From positions 736,001 to 800,000 of the forward strand of contig CAXXGI010000003.1 of assembly GCA_963674695.2 (NCBI GenBank): DNA of 64,000 nucleotides, written 5' to 3'. A model generated the notes under the pieces. It was given only the letters and a program-made list of their open reading frames with translations. It ran no database searches and was not told where the DNA came from. This stretch comes from a bacterium (GTDB lineage Bacteria; UBA10199; 2-02-FULL-44-16; JAAZCA01). Position 1 is the first letter of the stretch. Each line of letters begins with the position of its first letter. Below are positions 1 to 12,712 of the stretch, piece after piece. The position numbers were made by a program, and so were the translations under genes.

Positions 1-234
1 AATGCGCGCACGATGGTTGATGCGCCGCTTGCCCTTCAGTTCGAGGCAGCCATCGAGACGCCGACGCCAGCGGATGACGCCAAAGACGATATCGGAGACG
101 ATGCGCCTCTCGCGAGCACCGAGCTCGCGATGCCGGCGCAGATAACCTGCCAACAACCGGTCCAGCGCCTTGGGCTCTATATCCAAAGCCCGCAAAATTG
201 ATTCGGCATGTGTGATCACATCCATCCAGGACAT
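1..234 (-). CDS. 5' part of RsmB/NOP-family RNA methyltransferase (runs off window start)
   Basis: Manual translation from ATG 234: MSWMDVITHAESILRALDIEPKALDRLLAGYLRRHRELGARERRIVSDIVFGVIRWRRRLD, matching the NusB-like N-terminus of RsmB/Sun proteins. Not in the ORF track because it is incomplete. Confidence 0.65.
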   Translation of the reverse strand, partial: MSWMDVITHAESILRALDIEPKALDRLLAGYLRRHRELGARERRIVSDIVFGVIRWRRRLDGCLELKGKRRINHRARI

Positions 235-374
235 CCTTTCGCCTTGTGCCAACGGGGGCAGCATGATAGCAGAGCGCACGCTGATGTCGAGTGCGCACAC
301 AGCGCATCGCATCAAAAATATGTTTTTTTTGCGGTATCGGCGTTCAACCCGAGACCTGCGACCTGTGACCCGTC

Positions 375-1112
375 ATGCACCATGCCTTTTTCGACCGCTA
401 TAGCGATGGATTAAGTCCCCTCCACCGATTCGATGTGCGACTCAAGCTCATCGTCGCCTTTGTCCTGGTTTTGGCCATCGCTTCGATGCCGCCAGAGGAA
501 ACGGGGCGCATCATCATCTGCCTCCCCGTACTGCTCATCCTCTGGATTGCCGCCCAATTGCCGCTCACCTACCTCCTCAAACGACTGGCGCTCCTACTGC
601 CCTTCGTCCTGATCATGTCCGCGGCACTGATCTGGGCCCGCCGTTCGGTCGACCCGGTCGGCGCCTATCACTTTGCGCTGCACGTGCTGCTCAAGGCGGG
701 GACCGCCATCATCGCACTAACGCTGGTCACCTCCACCACACCCTTTCCACGCCTGCTTTCTGGCCTGCGCTGGTTTCGCGTGCCGGGCATCCTCACCGCT
801 CTGCTCGCCTTTCTCTATCGCTTTCTCTATATCCTCATCGACGAATTCGAACGCCTCTCCATTGGCCGCCGAAGCCGCGCCTTCGGACATGGCCTGGCGC
901 TGGCCTGGCGCTCGCGTGCCTGGATGCTGGGCACCTTCCTCATCCGATCGATCGAACGCTCGGAGCGCATCTATCAAGCCATGTGTGCGCGTGGATGGAT
1001 CGGACAACTCGAGACACCGGACCACTTCACGAGGCCGTGCGTGCCTCAGATCGTGGCGGCGGTTCTGGCCGTTGCTGCGGCCATCGCCCTGCGATGGGGA
1101 GTTTACCCATGA
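375..1112 (+). CDS. cbiQ: Cobalt/nickel ECF transporter T component
   Basis: SPLHRFDVRLKL N-terminus, multiple TM helices, YRFLYILIDE and RSERIYQAMCARG motifs. Confidence 0.9.
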   Translation: MHHAFFDRYSDGLSPLHRFDVRLKLIVAFVLVLAIASMPPEETGRIIICLPVLLILWIAAQLPLTYLLKRLALLLPFVLIMSAALIWARRSVDPVGAYHFALHVLLKAGTAIIALTLVTSTTPFPRLLSGLRWFRVPGILTALLAFLYRFLYILIDEFERLSIGRRSRAFGHGLALAWRSRAWMLGTFLIRSIERSERIYQAMCARGWIGQLETPDHFTRPCVPQIVAAVLAVAAAIALRWGVYP

Positions 1113-1810
1113 ATACGGCCATCATTCTCACCGACATCCGCTTCGCCTACGGCGATGGAAGTCATGCCCTCGAAAGCATCACGCTCGGTATCGAGCGCGG
1201 AGAACGCGTCGCCCTGATCGGCCCCAATGGCGCCGGCAAATCGACGCTTCTGCTCCATCTCAACGGAATCCTGCGAGGCCAGGGCCGCATCACGATCGAA
1301 GATCTCCCCCTGTGCGATGAACACCTGTATGAAATTCGCCGACGCGTTGGGCTGATCTTTCAGGAACCGAACGATCAGCTCTTCTGCCCGACCGTCCGCG
1401 AGGATATCGCCTTCGGACCCATGCACTTCCACCTCGACCGCGATGCCCTCGACGAAACGGTCGAGAAGGTCCTGCGCGACATGGATCTGCTCGACGTCGC
1501 CGATCGTGCCGCCCATCACCTGAGCGTAGGCGAGCGCCGACGCGTGAGCATTGCAGCGGTACTCGCCTGCAAACCACACATCCTGGCGCTGGACGAACCG
1601 GCCGCAGCACTCGATCCGAAACGACGCCGTTGGCTCGTCGACTTCCTGCTCGCCGACACGCGCACGATCATCCTGGCCACGCACGACCTCGCCTTTGCCC
1701 GCTCGGTTTGCCAGCGCGCCATTCTCATGAATGCCGGCCGCATCGTCGCCGATGGCCCGATCGACACGATCCTCGAAGATCGCGCGCTGCTCGAAAAAAA
1801 CGACTTGTAG
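1109..1810 (+). CDS. cbiO: ECF transporter ATP-binding protein
   Basis: Walker A GPNGAGKST, FQEPNDQLFCPTV, LSVGE signature, LALDEP; ATGA overlap with cbiQ stop. Confidence 0.9.
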   Translation: MNTAIILTDIRFAYGDGSHALESITLGIERGERVALIGPNGAGKSTLLLHLNGILRGQGRITIEDLPLCDEHLYEIRRRVGLIFQEPNDQLFCPTVREDIAFGPMHFHLDRDALDETVEKVLRDMDLLDVADRAAHHLSVGERRRVSIAAVLACKPHILALDEPAAALDPKRRRWLVDFLLADTRTIILATHDLAFARSVCQRAILMNAGRIVADGPIDTILEDRALLEKNDL

Positions 1811-1850
1811 CTAAGGAAAGAAGAAGAACCCGAAAGAGGCAACGCCCCCA

Positions 1851-4074
<2,224 letters not shown>

Positions 4075-4098
4075 AACGGTTCTCCTTTGTGTTTCTCA

Positions 4099-4143
4099 CC
4101 TGACTGGCCTGACTGGCCTGACTGGCCTGACTGGCCTGACTGG
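4099..4143. repeat. Tandem 9-mer (CCTGACTGG)x5 between hslU and argF
   Basis: Five perfect copies abutting the hslU stop codon. Confidence 0.95.
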
Positions 4144-5529
4144 CTAGAGTATATACTTCCGCAAATCCCGATCGCGCACAATCTCGGAGAGATGTTTGAC
4201 GACATAGTCACGATCGACCTTGAGTTTTTCCCCCACACGCTCGGGCGCATGAAACGAAATCTCTTCGAGGAGTTTTTCCATGACCGTATGCAAGCGTCGC
4301 GCACCGATGTCTTCGGTCTGCCCGTTAACCTCGGCGGCCACCGCACAGATCTCCTCGATGGCGTCCTCTCCAAAATCAAGATGAACCCCTTCCGTCTTCA
4401 TGAGGGCGCGATACTGTTTGATGAGCGAATTCTCCGGTTCCGTCAGAATGCGGATAAAATCCTCGCGCGTGAGCGAATCGAGTTCGACGCGGATAGGAAA
4501 ACGCCCCTGCAGTTCGGGGATGAGGTCGCTGGGTTTGGCGATGTGAAACGCCCCCGCAGCGATGAAGAGCACATGGTCGGTCCGAACCAAACCGTATTTG
4601 GTCATCACCGAGGACCCCTCGATGATCGGAAGGATGTCGCGCTGCACGCCCTCGCGGGAGACATCCGGCCCGTGACCGCGGCCCTCGCCACGCGGGGCAG
4701 CGACCTTGTCGATCTCGTCGAGAAAGACAATGCCGTTCTGTTCGACACGCTCGATCGCCTGAGCGGTGACCGACTCCATGTCGACCAGACGCGCGGACTC
4801 CTCGGCGATGAGATATTCACGCGCTTCCGAAACCTTCATCTTCCGATCCTTCTTGCCACCCGGCTGCATAAAACCACCGAGCATATCGCGCAGGTTCGAG
4901 CTCATCTCCTCGAGGCTCGTCGCCGCAACCACTTCAATGGAGGGCATGGCCGGCGGACGCGACTGCGCTTCGATCTCGATCATGCGATCTTCGAGTTTCC
5001 CATCGCGCAAGAGTTTGCGCAGCCGTTTGCGCGTATCGGGCTTACTGGTCTCGACCGGAGCTTCAGACGCATCGGCCTGCTCCGGAGAAACCGTCGGCGT
5101 TTCATCCGAACCGGGTAAGAGCAGATCCAGCAGGCGCTCTTCGGCTAACTCCTGCGCCTTGACCTTCACACGCGCCGTCTCCTCCTCGCGCACGAGCTTA
5201 ATGGCCACCTCGGCCAGCTCGCGAATCATCGATTCGACATCCTTGCCGATATAGCCGACCTCGGTGAATTTCGAGGCCTCCACCTTGATGAACGGCGCCT
5301 GAGCTAACCGTGCGAGCCGACGGGCGATCTCGGTCTTGCCCACACCAGTCGGCCCGATCATAATGATGTTCTTGGGAACGATTTCGTCGCGCAGATGATC
5401 GTCCACCTTGCGACGCCGCCAACGATTGCGCAGCGCGATGGCGACGCTTTTCTTGGCTTTGTCCTGGCCGATGATAAATCGATCGAGTTCGGAGACGATC
5501 TCGCGGGGAGTAAAATTCGTTTCGTTCAT
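4144..5529 (-). CDS. hslU: ATP-dependent protease ATPase subunit HslU
   Basis: [33 protein letters not shown]. Confidence 0.97.
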   Translation of the reverse strand: MNETNFTPREIVSELDRFIIGQDKAKKSVAIALRNRWRRRKVDDHLRDEIVPKNIIMIGPTGVGKTEIARRLARLAQAPFIKVEASKFTEVGYIGKDVESMIRELAEVAIKLVREEETARVKVKAQELAEERLLDLLLPGSDETPTVSPEQADASEAPVETSKPDTRKRLRKLLRDGKLEDRMIEIEAQSRPPAMPSIEVVAATSLEEMSSNLRDMLGGFMQPGGKKDRKMKVSEAREYLIAEESARLVDMESVTAQAIERVEQNGIVFLDEIDKVAAPRGEGRGHGPDVSREGVQRDILPIIEGSSVMTKYGLVRTDHVLFIAAGAFHIAKPSDLIPELQGRFPIRVELDSLTREDFIRILTEPENSLIKQYRALMKTEGVHLDFGEDAIEEICAVAAEVNGQTEDIGARRLHTVMEKLLEEISFHAPERVGEKLKVDRDYVVKHLSEIVRDRDLRKYIL

Positions 5530-5560
5530 CGTTGCAGAGCACTCCTCTCAAAAATACCGT

Positions 5561-6094
5561 TCATCGCTTCAATATTTCGACGCTCAACGAGTCGTTCGTA
5601 TAGATACAGATGTCGGCTGCGATCGCCATCGACGCGCGGGCGATCTCCTCGGCCTCGAGCTTCGAGTGCCGCACGAGCGCACGCGCTGCCGCCGCCGCAT
5701 ACGGTCCGCCCGAACCGATAGCGGCCACGTCGTCGTCGGGTTCGAGCACATCGCCACTGCCGCTGATCGTGAAGGTCTTCTCCCCATCGGCGACGATCAT
5801 CATCGCCTCAAGCTTGCGCAGGATGCGATCGGTGCGCCATTCCTTAGCCAACTCCACCGCCGCACGCGTGAGATTTCCCCGGAACTCGCCGAGCTTTGCC
5901 TCGAAGCGCTCAAAGAGCGTGAAGGCATCGGCGCTCGATCCGGCAAAACCCGCCAGGATCTTTCCGTCGAGCATCGTTCGAATCTTTCGCGCGCCGCGCT
6001 TCATGATGGTATTGCCGAAGCTCACCTGCCCATCTCCGGCGATGGCCACGCTGCCTTTACGCCGCACACACAGAATCGTCGTTGCATGAAACAT
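5561..6094 (-). CDS. hslV: ATP-dependent protease peptidase subunit HslV
   Basis: HATTIL N-terminal Thr, [20 protein letters not shown]. Confidence 0.97.
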   Translation of the reverse strand: MFHATTILCVRRKGSVAIAGDGQVSFGNTIMKRGARKIRTMLDGKILAGFAGSSADAFTLFERFEAKLGEFRGNLTRAAVELAKEWRTDRILRKLEAMMIVADGEKTFTISGSGDVLEPDDDVAAIGSGGPYAAAAARALVRHSKLEAEEIARASMAIAADICIYTNDSLSVEILKR

Positions 6095-6121
6095 ATGAGC
6101 CCTCGTTTTTTGCTGGCATTT

Positions 6122-6191
6122 GTCATTCCCGCGAAGGCGGGAATCTCGGTTTTTTCACGTACTTCGAGATTCCCGCCTTCGCGGGAATGAC
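6122..6191. repeat. REP/REPIN-like palindrome copy 1
   Basis: GTCATTCCCGCGAAGGCGGGAATCTCG-spacer-CGAGATTCCCGCCTTCGCGGGAATGAC. Confidence 0.92.
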
Positions 6192-6299
6192 GACAAAAAA
6201 CCTTTCCCCGATAGGCGCGACCTCAGCCGCACGTTTATACAGAGCTGTTTTTGGATAGCAAGTTTTTTGACACAGGACGTTCGATAAACAACGCGCATT

Positions 6300-7205
6300 T
6301 TAGGCCTTGGGGTGGGCCTCATCATACGCTTCCATCAATTTTTCGATGCCGACGTGGGTGTATTTCTGCGTGGTGGAGAGGCTGGCATGCCCGAGCAGCT
6401 CCTGGATGCCACGCATATCGGCGCCCGCGCCCAAGAGGTGCGTGGCGAAGGTATGGCGCAGAACGTGCGGGGTGACCGTCTTCTGCATGCCGCACTGCTT
6501 GATATATTTGGCCAGCATCCGCTCGACCGAACGCGCGGTGAGGCGCCCTCCCTGCCGGTTGACGAACATGGCTCGCTGCGCCACCTCATCGGAGACAAGC
6601 GTAGGACGAAACTCGAGATAGCCGGCCAGCGACGCGACGGCCTTCTCGCCCATGGGCACGATGCGCTCCTTGCGCCCTTTTCCCATGACCCGTACCGACG
6701 GCGCGGTCAGATCGACATCTTCAACGTTCAGCGCCACCAGCTCGCCCACGCGCAGACCGGAGGCATAGAGCAACTCCATGATCGCCCGATCGCGGGACCC
6801 GAGCGGATCAGCCGTGGTCGGTGAACCCAGGAGCGTGAAAACCTCATCGACCGTCAGGAACTTCGGCACGCGCTTCGGAATTTTCGGCGTGGCCACTTCT
6901 TTGGCCGGATTGTTGAGGATGAGCCCCTGTCGCAAGCAGTAGCTAAAAAACGTTCGCAGTGAGGCCAGTTTTCGCGCCATCGAGGAGGGACTCATGCGAT
7001 CGAACATCTGTCCGAGATATTCGCGCACCACATTGGCATCGACTTCGCCGATGCGTTCGATGCCGCTGGCACCGATGCCCGGATTACGTTTTTCCAAAAA
7101 ATTGAAGAATTGGGTAATATCGACGAGATAATTCTTGTGCGTATGCAGCGATGCACCCTTTTCAAATCGCAGGTATGTCGAAAATCGCTCGATCAGTCGT
7201 CTCAT
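6300..7205 (-). CDS. xerC: Tyrosine recombinase XerC
   Basis: LYASGLRVGE, GKGRKER, HVLRHTFATHLL, LLGHASLSTTQKYTH; conserved topA-xerC-hslVU context. Confidence 0.92.
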   Translation of the reverse strand: MRRLIERFSTYLRFEKGASLHTHKNYLVDITQFFNFLEKRNPGIGASGIERIGEVDANVVREYLGQMFDRMSPSSMARKLASLRTFFSYCLRQGLILNNPAKEVATPKIPKRVPKFLTVDEVFTLLGSPTTADPLGSRDRAIMELLYASGLRVGELVALNVEDVDLTAPSVRVMGKGRKERIVPMGEKAVASLAGYLEFRPTLVSDEVAQRAMFVNRQGGRLTARSVERMLAKYIKQCGMQKTVTPHVLRHTFATHLLGAGADMRGIQELLGHASLSTTQKYTHVGIEKLMEAYDEAHPKA

Positions 7206-7338
7206 GGATCCCTCCCCCCGGAAGAATGAAGTTTCTAAAGTATAAAAAGTATCGGGAGTGTACAGACGACGACGGATAAACGCAACCACTTTTTCGTCGT
7301 ATAAGGGGGGATATTTCGAAGAGTCAGAAACCCTCTCT

Positions 7339-8949
7339 CTACCGATATCGAGCGGACGCCCGCAGAATTCCCAAAAACCCAATGGTTATCAACAGAATAC
7401 CACCAATCGCCATTCCGCCACCGGGGATCTCAGATGCATGCAACGAGCAGGCACCGCCATCGCTGCCGTCGGCCCCATAGAGCGAGGGAAGCGCCTGGGC
7501 CTCTTCCTCCGGATCGACCGAGCCGCCGGGACTGCCCCCGCCACCCCCGGAGACGACCTCCTCCGGGCAAAGGCGCGCTTCACCGTCATAGACGTCGGGC
7601 ACCTCGTCGGCATTCATGTCGAGCCATCCGCCCTCCTGGGCGTCCGGACATCCATCCTCATCGGAATCATCATCGCGAAAATTCGGAACACCGTCGCAAT
7701 CGATGTCGGCGATCTCAGCCGGCGGATTACATCCCTTCCCGCCATGGACCAATCGCAGATCGAAGTCGGCGATGCCATCGCCGTCGAAATCTCCGAGCGC
7801 CTCACAGCCGTCGCTCAATCCATCGCCATCGGTATCGGAGATCGAGGGGTCGGCATCCTCCGGATCGACCCAGCCATTGCCGTTGATATCCTCCTCGCCG
7901 TCGGTGAGGCCGTCGCCATCCGAATCGGGATTGAGCGGATCCATCGCGTTCGGCTTGCGGTAGTTCGTCCCCGCCGCCTGCAGGCCATGGCATCCGTTGC
8001 GTTCCTCCGGCTGAATGCGTCCCATTTCGACGCCGTCACTCAACCCATCGCCATCGGTATCGCAGACGTTGCGATTCGTTCCCGCGCGGTCTTCATCGCC
8101 GTCGCTCACGCCGTCACCATCGGTATCGCCGAGCAGCGGATCGGATTCATCCGCGCCCAGTTCGTCGTCATCATTGCGATCACCCTCCTCCCCATCGATG
8201 AGGCCATCGCCATCGGAGTCGGGAAGGTTCGGGTCGGTCTCCACCCAGACGACGAGTTCGTCATCGAAGGTCTCGTCATCGCCCTCGTCGGCACGCCCGC
8301 GCTGACCGTCGAAATCGACATCCTCGAGGCCATCGATCAAGCCATCGCCGTCGCTGTCGTCATTGGTCGGATCGGTACGCGTGGTCGGATCGCTGTCGAA
8401 GAGCATCGCCATGTTCGTGAGCCGCTCGCGCTCATCGGCATCGTAAGGAATGGCATTGTCCATACGGGCGACGCTGTTCTCCGCCAGGATCGCCTCACAC
8501 CGCGCCGTCAGTTTAACGCGCGGACGGCGACGGATGCGCTTGAGCAGGCGCGTCGTTTCCGCCTTGGTGATCCCCACCTCGACGCCATCGGGAATGCAAT
8601 CGCCGTCGGAATCCGGATTCATCGGATCGAGCATCCCCAACGCCTTGAAGGAAAACTCCCCTGCTTCGAGGATCTCATCGATGCGACCGATATGCAGGCG
8701 CTCCTCTCCATCGGTGAGCCCATCCGCATCGCTGTCGGGATTTTTGGAATCGGTCTCCCCCGCTTCGACGTCCACATGACCATCGCCATCGAAGTCCTCA
8801 CGGTCATCGGTGAGGCCATCGCAATCGAAGTCGTTTTCGCAGCCGGTCGTCTGCGCCGCATAGAGCTGCACGCCGACACCCGCACTCCAGAGCAGAGATA
8901 CGAATCCCATCACCACCAACATGCCGATCATAATGCGCGACTGTCTCAT
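7339..8949 (-). CDS. Secreted surface protein with Ca-binding DxDxDG (TSP3-like) repeats and C-terminal GGxC+TM sorting signal
   Basis: Sec signal; many DSDGDGLxDGxE repeats; C-terminus DGGACSL..TM helix..RASARYR (MYXO-CTERM/GlyGly-CTERM-like). Confidence 0.8.
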   Translation of the reverse strand: MRQSRIMIGMLVVMGFVSLLWSAGVGVQLYAAQTTGCENDFDCDGLTDDREDFDGDGHVDVEAGETDSKNPDSDADGLTDGEERLHIGRIDEILEAGEFSFKALGMLDPMNPDSDGDCIPDGVEVGITKAETTRLLKRIRRRPRVKLTARCEAILAENSVARMDNAIPYDADERERLTNMAMLFDSDPTTRTDPTNDDSDGDGLIDGLEDVDFDGQRGRADEGDDETFDDELVVWVETDPNLPDSDGDGLIDGEEGDRNDDDELGADESDPLLGDTDGDGVSDGDEDRAGTNRNVCDTDGDGLSDGVEMGRIQPEERNGCHGLQAAGTNYRKPNAMDPLNPDSDGDGLTDGEEDINGNGWVDPEDADPSISDTDGDGLSDGCEALGDFDGDGIADFDLRLVHGGKGCNPPAEIADIDCDGVPNFRDDDSDEDGCPDAQEGGWLDMNADEVPDVYDGEARLCPEEVVSGGGGGSPGGSVDPEEEAQALPSLYGADGSDGGACSLHASEIPGGGMAIGGILLITIGFLGILRASARYR

Positions 8950-8983
8950 CGTCCCTCATGCCAAAATCGTCCCTGGCTTCCCC

Positions 8984-9011
8984 TTTTCGGCCAACGCCGC
9001 CGGAAGTTGTG
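8984..9011 (-). promoter_or_regulatory. Sigma-28-like promoter motif M1
   Basis: Minus strand CACAAC-ttccggcggcgttgg-CCGAAAA upstream of ATG 8949. Confidence 0.55.
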
Positions 9012-9087
9012 TGCTTTTTAGGGGGAAACGGCTTTTTTTCACCAGGCGCGATGCGTCAGAAATCTGACGCGCTGTGCGTTGAAAGGA

Positions 9088-9115
9088 CGCAACTTTTCAG
9101 GACATCCTCCGATAA
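9088..9115 (+). promoter_or_regulatory. Sigma-28-like promoter motif M2
   Basis: CGCAAC-ttttcaggacatcct-CCGATAA upstream of ATG 9151. Confidence 0.65.
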
Positions 9116-9150
9116 CGTCTCGAAGGCCCCGCACGGGCAGGAGTTTGCGT

Positions 9151-10218
9151 ATGTCGGAAAGCCAAAACACGATCGCCATCCGCTGCGACCAGATCCGGCA
9201 ATCGGATCAACGCGAGAGCTGTGCCTATTATGTGGAGAGCTGTTTCGAACAGCGCGAACAGATCGCATCGGGCGGCGAGGAGGCACCGGACGGGTATCAA
9301 CTGCTGCAACCGGACGGACGATCGACCTCGCTGAGCAGCTTCAATCGGTGTCTCGATGCCGCGTCATTCATGCCGACCTATTACGGTCCGCTCCCGGAAT
9401 CTGTGCTCGCCACCAGAGAGATAGCGAAAGAAACACCGAAGGCGGATGATGACGTCGTCGAGGAGGAAGTCGTCGAGGAACCTGATGATGTCGAAGAAGA
9501 GGTCATCGATGAGACGGATGATACGATCGAAGAAGCGGATGATGCGATTGATGAGGATGAGGATGCAATCGACGATGACGAAGAGGATGAAGAGGAGACC
9601 GAGTATCCCCACTGCGCCTCCTTCGATGCCGGCAGCGCGGCGTTTACCCGTTGCACGGAAGTCAGCGACATCTGCATGGACGAAGAACCGCCCTATTCCC
9701 TCCCCGTCGGAGAACAGACCTTAACGGTCCACTCCGAAGAGAACTGTCTGAAGTGGGCCCAGCGTATCGCCCGAAGCACGCCGAGCAAGAAGGGCAGGAC
9801 GCGGAAGAAAAAAACGCGGAAGAGACCGGCGCACCACAAATCGACCGAGTTCGCCCTCTGGCGTTCCGACGGCAAGACGCGATTCCATGTTCCGCTCGAC
9901 GAGGTCTCCGGTACGGATGGCACACGACTGGCCCTACGGGTGGGGAAACATCAGCGCGAAACATTTCGCCTGCGCTTCTATAAGGACGGGCAGATCTATG
10001 GCCCTGAGGTCAACTTCAACTACTCGCTCGAATCGACCGGCGGCGGGCGCTACCGCCTGACCTATACGATCTCCAACCGCAACGGCGGCGGCTCGGGCAA
10101 AAAACGCAGCATCACCATATCCGCCGACAAACGCGGCATCCGCGATACGCTGGTCTTTGGCATCAAAACACAGGAAAAGAACGCAACGGTCACATCGATC
10201 CAACTCGTAAAGATGTAG
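9151..10218 (+). CDS. Hypothetical protein with Asp/Glu-rich tract and basic patch
   Basis: CAGGAG RBS; long ORF; acidic tract, Cys pairs, KKGRTRKKKTRKR. Confidence 0.75.
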   Translation: MSESQNTIAIRCDQIRQSDQRESCAYYVESCFEQREQIASGGEEAPDGYQLLQPDGRSTSLSSFNRCLDAASFMPTYYGPLPESVLATREIAKETPKADDDVVEEEVVEEPDDVEEEVIDETDDTIEEADDAIDEDEDAIDDDEEDEEETEYPHCASFDAGSAAFTRCTEVSDICMDEEPPYSLPVGEQTLTVHSEENCLKWAQRIARSTPSKKGRTRKKKTRKRPAHHKSTEFALWRSDGKTRFHVPLDEVSGTDGTRLALRVGKHQRETFRLRFYKDGQIYGPEVNFNYSLESTGGGRYRLTYTISNRNGGGSGKKRSITISADKRGIRDTLVFGIKTQEKNATVTSIQLVKM

Positions 10219-10256
10219 AGAGAACCTGCAGGAAAATAACGATTTCGCCGATTGGT

Positions 10257-10325
10257 GTCATTCCCGCGAAAGCGGGAATCTCGACTTTTCACGTACTTCG
10301 AGATTCCCGCTTTCGCGGGAATGAC
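10257..10325. repeat. REP/REPIN-like palindrome copy 2
   Basis: GTCATTCCCGCGAAAGCGGGAATCTCG...CGAGATTCCCGCTTTCGCGGGAATGAC between convergent genes. Confidence 0.92.
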
Positions 10326-10374
10326 ACCAAAAGTCCTTTCCCCGCCAGACTCTTCGTGCCCCCCCGACCGATCA

Positions 10375-12648
10375 CTATCCCTTCGTCTTTTTGTAGGAAC
10401 AGCCCTTCTGCGGGCAGGCGACGCTCGTCTCGCCTGTGCGTTTGGAATACTTCTCCACGAGAATGGCAAAACCACAATCGGGACAGGGACCGGCGACGGG
10501 CTTGTCCCAGCTGGCATACTTGCAATTCGGATAGCGGCTGCAACCGTAGAAGATACGGCCGCGGCGACTGCTCTTCTGGACGAGTTCGCCCTCTTTGCAT
10601 TCCGGACAGGCAACGCCGGTTCCGATAGAACGCGTCGTCTTGCATTCGGGATAGCGCGAGCAAGCGAGGAACTCCCCATAGCGACCGCGCCGCTTGATCA
10701 TGGGCGCACCGCAGGTCTCACAGACCTCATCCGTGCCCTCGACCTCCTGCACGACGATCTTCCCCTCGGCATCGTGCGTGAATTCCTTCGTATTGCGACA
10801 CTCCGGATATTGCGAACAGGCCAGGAATTCGCCGTGACGCCCCCAACGGATGACCATTTTATTTTTGCACTTCTCACAGACGATGTCGGTCTCAACGACC
10901 TCTTGCTTCACGTTGCGCATGCGATCGCGCGCCTCGGCCAAACGCTTCTCGAACGGCTTATAGAAATCGCTCAGGGCCTTGACCCACGCCACCTTTCCCT
11001 CCCCGACATCATCGAGCTCGCGCTCCATCTGCGCGGTGAAACCAATATCGAAGGTATCGGGAAAACTATCGATGAGCAGCTCGTTGACGAGCCTTCCCAA
11101 ATGCGTGGGGAAAAAGCGTTTCTCGATCTTATTCACATAATCCTTGTCCTGAATCGTGCTCATGATCGTGGCATAGGTGGAGGGACGTCCGATCCCCTTT
11201 TCTTCGAGCTCCTTGACCAAGGATGCCTCGGTGAAACGCGGGGGCGGCTGCGTGAAGTGCTGATGCGGATCGATCGCGTGCACGGTGAGCGTCTCCCCCT
11301 CGCTCAAATCCGGGAGCGTGGGATTTTCTTCCTCATCGCGCTCGGCCACCTCATCCACGCCCTCGAGATAGACGGAGATAAAACCCGGAAAACGCATCAC
11401 CTGGCCCGTCGCACGCAACAGAAACCGGCCCGCCTCGACGGTGAACTGCGTCTGATCGAAGACGGCGGGATTCATCTGGGATGCGACGAAGCGCTTCCAG
11501 ATCAGGTCGTAGAGCTTAAAAGCCGCCGGCTCCAAGAATTCCTTCACCCGCTCGGGGGGATGGTCCATGGACGTCGGGCGAATCGCCTCGTGCGCCTCCT
11601 GTGCCCCCTTCTTGCTGCGATATTGAACGGGTTTGCTGGGAAGATACTCCTTGCCATAACGCTCGCCGATGAAGGTGCGAACGGCTTCGATCGCGACGTC
11701 GGCGACGCGTGTGGAATCGGTGCGCATATAGGTGATGAGACCGATAGAACCTTCATCGCCGATCTCGATGCCCTCGTAGAGCATCTGTGCCAGCGCCATG
11801 GTGCGCTTGGCGGTAAACCCCAATTTTCGCGCCGCCTCCTGCTGCAACTTCGACGTGATGAACGGGGGCGCCGGGCGCCGTTTGCGCTCGGAGCGTTTGA
11901 TCGTCGATAGCGTAAAGGTGGAGCGCTTCAGTTCATCGACGACATCGGTCGCGGCACCCTCTTGCCCCAGCTCAAAGTTCTCGTTATCGATTTTGACGAG
12001 CTTGGCCTCAAACGGCGGTGCCTTGCTCCCCTCGAGATTGGCGACGATGGACCAATATTCCTTTGAGTCGAAGGCCTCGATCTCATCCTCGCGCTCGCAG
12101 ACGATGCGCACCGCAACCGTCTGCACGCGCCCGGCGGAGAGCCCCCGCCGCACCTTCTCCCACAGGATGGGACTCACCTTATAACCGACGAGTCGATCGA
12201 GGACGCGCCGAGCCTGCTGCGCTTCGAACAGATGCGTATCGATCTCGGTGGGGGATGCGATGGCTTCCTGGATCGCCCCTTTGGTGATCTCATTGAAACG
12301 CGCGCGACAGATCCTCGGGCCGGAGTCCCCCTTCTTCGACTTCGTCGCTTTGCGAATGCGATCGGCGATGTGCCAGGCGATGGCCTCCCCCTCACGATCG
12401 GGATCGGGGGCCAGATAGACCACGTCTGACTTCTTCGCGGCATCGGTGATCTGCTTGAGGACCTTCGTCTTTCCGCGGATGACGACATACTTCGGCGCAA
12501 ACCCATCCTCGACATCGACCCCCAGTTCGCGCGGGGGGAGATCGACCACATGGCCGACGCTGGCCATGACGGAATAGCCCTTGCCCAGATATTTTTTGAT
12601 CGTTTTGGCCTTGGCCGGAGATTCGACGATGACGAGTGCTTTTTCCAT
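10375..12648 (-). CDS. topA: DNA topoisomerase I
   Basis: VIVESPAKAK, DPDREGE, SAGRVQ, ITYMRTD, C-terminal C4 zinc ribbons. Confidence 0.97.
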   Translation of the reverse strand: MEKALVIVESPAKAKTIKKYLGKGYSVMASVGHVVDLPPRELGVDVEDGFAPKYVVIRGKTKVLKQITDAAKKSDVVYLAPDPDREGEAIAWHIADRIRKATKSKKGDSGPRICRARFNEITKGAIQEAIASPTEIDTHLFEAQQARRVLDRLVGYKVSPILWEKVRRGLSAGRVQTVAVRIVCEREDEIEAFDSKEYWSIVANLEGSKAPPFEAKLVKIDNENFELGQEGAATDVVDELKRSTFTLSTIKRSERKRRPAPPFITSKLQQEAARKLGFTAKRTMALAQMLYEGIEIGDEGSIGLITYMRTDSTRVADVAIEAVRTFIGERYGKEYLPSKPVQYRSKKGAQEAHEAIRPTSMDHPPERVKEFLEPAAFKLYDLIWKRFVASQMNPAVFDQTQFTVEAGRFLLRATGQVMRFPGFISVYLEGVDEVAERDEEENPTLPDLSEGETLTVHAIDPHQHFTQPPPRFTEASLVKELEEKGIGRPSTYATIMSTIQDKDYVNKIEKRFFPTHLGRLVNELLIDSFPDTFDIGFTAQMERELDDVGEGKVAWVKALSDFYKPFEKRLAEARDRMRNVKQEVVETDIVCEKCKNKMVIRWGRHGEFLACSQYPECRNTKEFTHDAEGKIVVQEVEGTDEVCETCGAPMIKRRGRYGEFLACSRYPECKTTRSIGTGVACPECKEGELVQKSSRRGRIFYGCSRYPNCKYASWDKPVAGPCPDCGFAILVEKYSKRTGETSVACPQKGCSYKKTKG

Positions 12649-12664
12649 GGATCTCCTAAGGACG

Positions 12665-12691
12665 GTGACTCGTGACTCGTAACTCGTGACT
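12665..12691. repeat. Short heptamer (CTCGTRA) tandem upstream of topA
   Basis: gtgactcgtgactcgtaactcgtgact. Confidence 0.8.
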
Positions 12692-12712
12692 GGTAGAGGC
12701 ACAATCGAATCA

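Noticed and set aside
6258-6288. Seventh sigma-28-like site (GCAAGTTTT..TCGATAA)
   Set aside because: Spacer is 18 rather than 15 nt and it points antisense into xerC
6300-7205. Phage or island integrase
   Set aside because: Sequence and topA-hslVU context indicate housekeeping XerC
7258-9021. Long antisense ORFs (also 10252-11910, 27039-29192, 30600-32228, 46194-47846, 48357-50159)
   Set aside because: Shadow ORFs opposite well-supported genes, expected in GC-rich DNA
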